NCBI RefSeq assembly: GCF_006345805.1
Contig: NW_021829868.1
Location: 1 to 35,086 of the forward strand
DNA length: 35,086 bases
Direction: 5' to 3'
Origin: Octopus sinensis
Lineage: Eukaryota
A program made the position numbers and the translations under genes. Below are positions 34,059 to 35,086 of the stretch, piece after piece (position 1 is the stretch's first letter; every line of letters begins with the position of its first letter). A model generated the notes under the pieces. It worked only from the letters and a program-made list of their open reading frames with translations. It searched no databases and was not told where the DNA came from.

Positions 34059-34315
34059 TATGTACATTATTTACATTTGACGGACATAACCACCATGCCA
34101 TATACCTTCAGGCATATGGCGTAGTGGTTAAGATTCCGAGTTTGATTCCAGGCAGTGGCCAGAATAATAATAATAATATCTAAAATATATCTTAGGAATG
34201 AGAACCCTGATTCAAAATTTTGTCTTATATACCTAATGAAGGCTGGAGGGTATATCAGCAGAAACGTTGTTAACAAGATGAGGACAAATATCCATCAAAT
34301 ATAAATAATGTATAT
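34059..34315 (+). mobile_element. tRNA-headed element with degenerate hammerhead-like tail, preceded by an inverted, internally deleted copy of itself
   Basis: A box TGGCGTAGTGG (34117), B-box-like GTTTGATTCC (34140), (AAT)n, then CTAATGA-A-GGCTG(10 nt)CAGCA-GAAA-CGTT (34233-34268). 34059-34106 is the reverse complement of the tail end joined to the head. Confidence 0.55.
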
Positions 34316-34442
34316 ACATATAAATATTTTTTTATATCTAGTTTCAGCTCACGAGCTGTGGCCATGCTGGGGCACTGCTGTTTGGTGTTGTTATAATACA
34401 TACATACACACACACACACACACATACATATATACATACATA

Positions 34443-34612
34443 GGCGCAGGAGTGGCTGTGTGGTAAGTAGCTTGCTAACCAACGACATAGTTCCGGGTTC
34501 AGTCCCACTGCGTGGCATCTTGGGAAAGTGTCTTCTGCTATAGCCCCGGGCCGACCAATCCCTTGTGAGTGGATTTGGTAGACGAAACTGAAAGAAGCCT
34601 GTCGTATATATG

Positions 34613-34645
<33 letters not shown>

Positions 34646-34857
34646 TTGTATGTCTGTGTTTGTCCCCCTAGCATTGCTTGACAACCGATGCTGGTGTGTT
34701 TACGTCCCTGTCACTTAGCGGTTCTGCAAAAGAGACCGATAGAATAAGTACTGGGCTTACAAAGAATAAGTCCTATGGTCGATTTGCTCGACTAATAGGC
34801 GGTGCTCCAGCATGGCCGCAGTCAAATGACTGAGACAAGTAAAAGAGTAAAAGAGTA
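34443..34857 (+). mobile_element. SINE family A, full length
   Basis: GGCGCAGGAGTGGCTGTGTGG through GTAAAAGAGTAAAAGAGTA. Confidence 0.92.
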
Positions 34858-34961
34858 TACATACATATAAAGGTGACAATAATATGATGAAGGTAATAAA
34901 AGCATCAGTCACCATGTTGTGTTAATTTTCCTTTTCTCACCTTCTTTTCTTTCTGTTTTAG

Positions 34962-34992
34962 AAGGACAATAAGCAACAGCCACCTCCACGAT
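34962..34992 (+). CDS. 31-nt micro-exon (KDNKQQPPPR plus 1 nt) of the plus-strand gene
   Basis: Long polypyrimidine acceptor TTCTTTTCTTTCTGTTTTAG and donor T|GTAAGT. Phase 0 in, phase 1 out. Confidence 0.6.
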
Positions 34993-35086
34993 GTAAGTTA
35001 CTTCCACCGTTCCACCTTCCATGTCTCAATAAAATTATCTTGACTCTGTAATATATTGTAACATTAATGAAATCACTGGATGGAAG

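Overview
This is eukaryotic, repeat-saturated DNA. The SINE/LINE/MITE repertoire points to a coleoid cephalopod, most probably Octopus (inference). Nearly all ORFs in the supplied track are microsatellite or transposon artefacts. The real coding content is a spliced TNF-superfamily ligand cluster hidden among the repeats. (1) A gene on the minus strand assembles in frame from 3 exons (23990-23832, 17694-17655, 15312-14927) into a 194-aa type II membrane protein with a C-terminal TNF homology domain, behind a TATA/Inr core promoter. (2) A ~5-kb segmental duplicate (4083-9194 vs 23532-27798) carries a second, diverged promoter and exon 1 that runs out of the left edge. (3) A divergently transcribed plus-strand gene has the same exon architecture (TM exon with phase-0 donor, then a phase 0-to-1 micro-exon) and runs out of the right edge; it may be a third paralog. 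Also present: a minimal type I hammerhead ribozyme next to a 1-kb tandem repeat, a tRNA-headed element with a degenerate hammerhead-like tail, four tRNA-derived SINE families (some as fixed-junction multimers), three RTE LINE remnants, mariner and hAT transposase relics, non-autonomous Helitrons, Merlin-like and piggyBac-like MITEs, and several mini/microsatellites. Single-base indels in homopolymers inside exons suggest residual assembly errors. All coordinates and alignments were read by eye; no database search was run.
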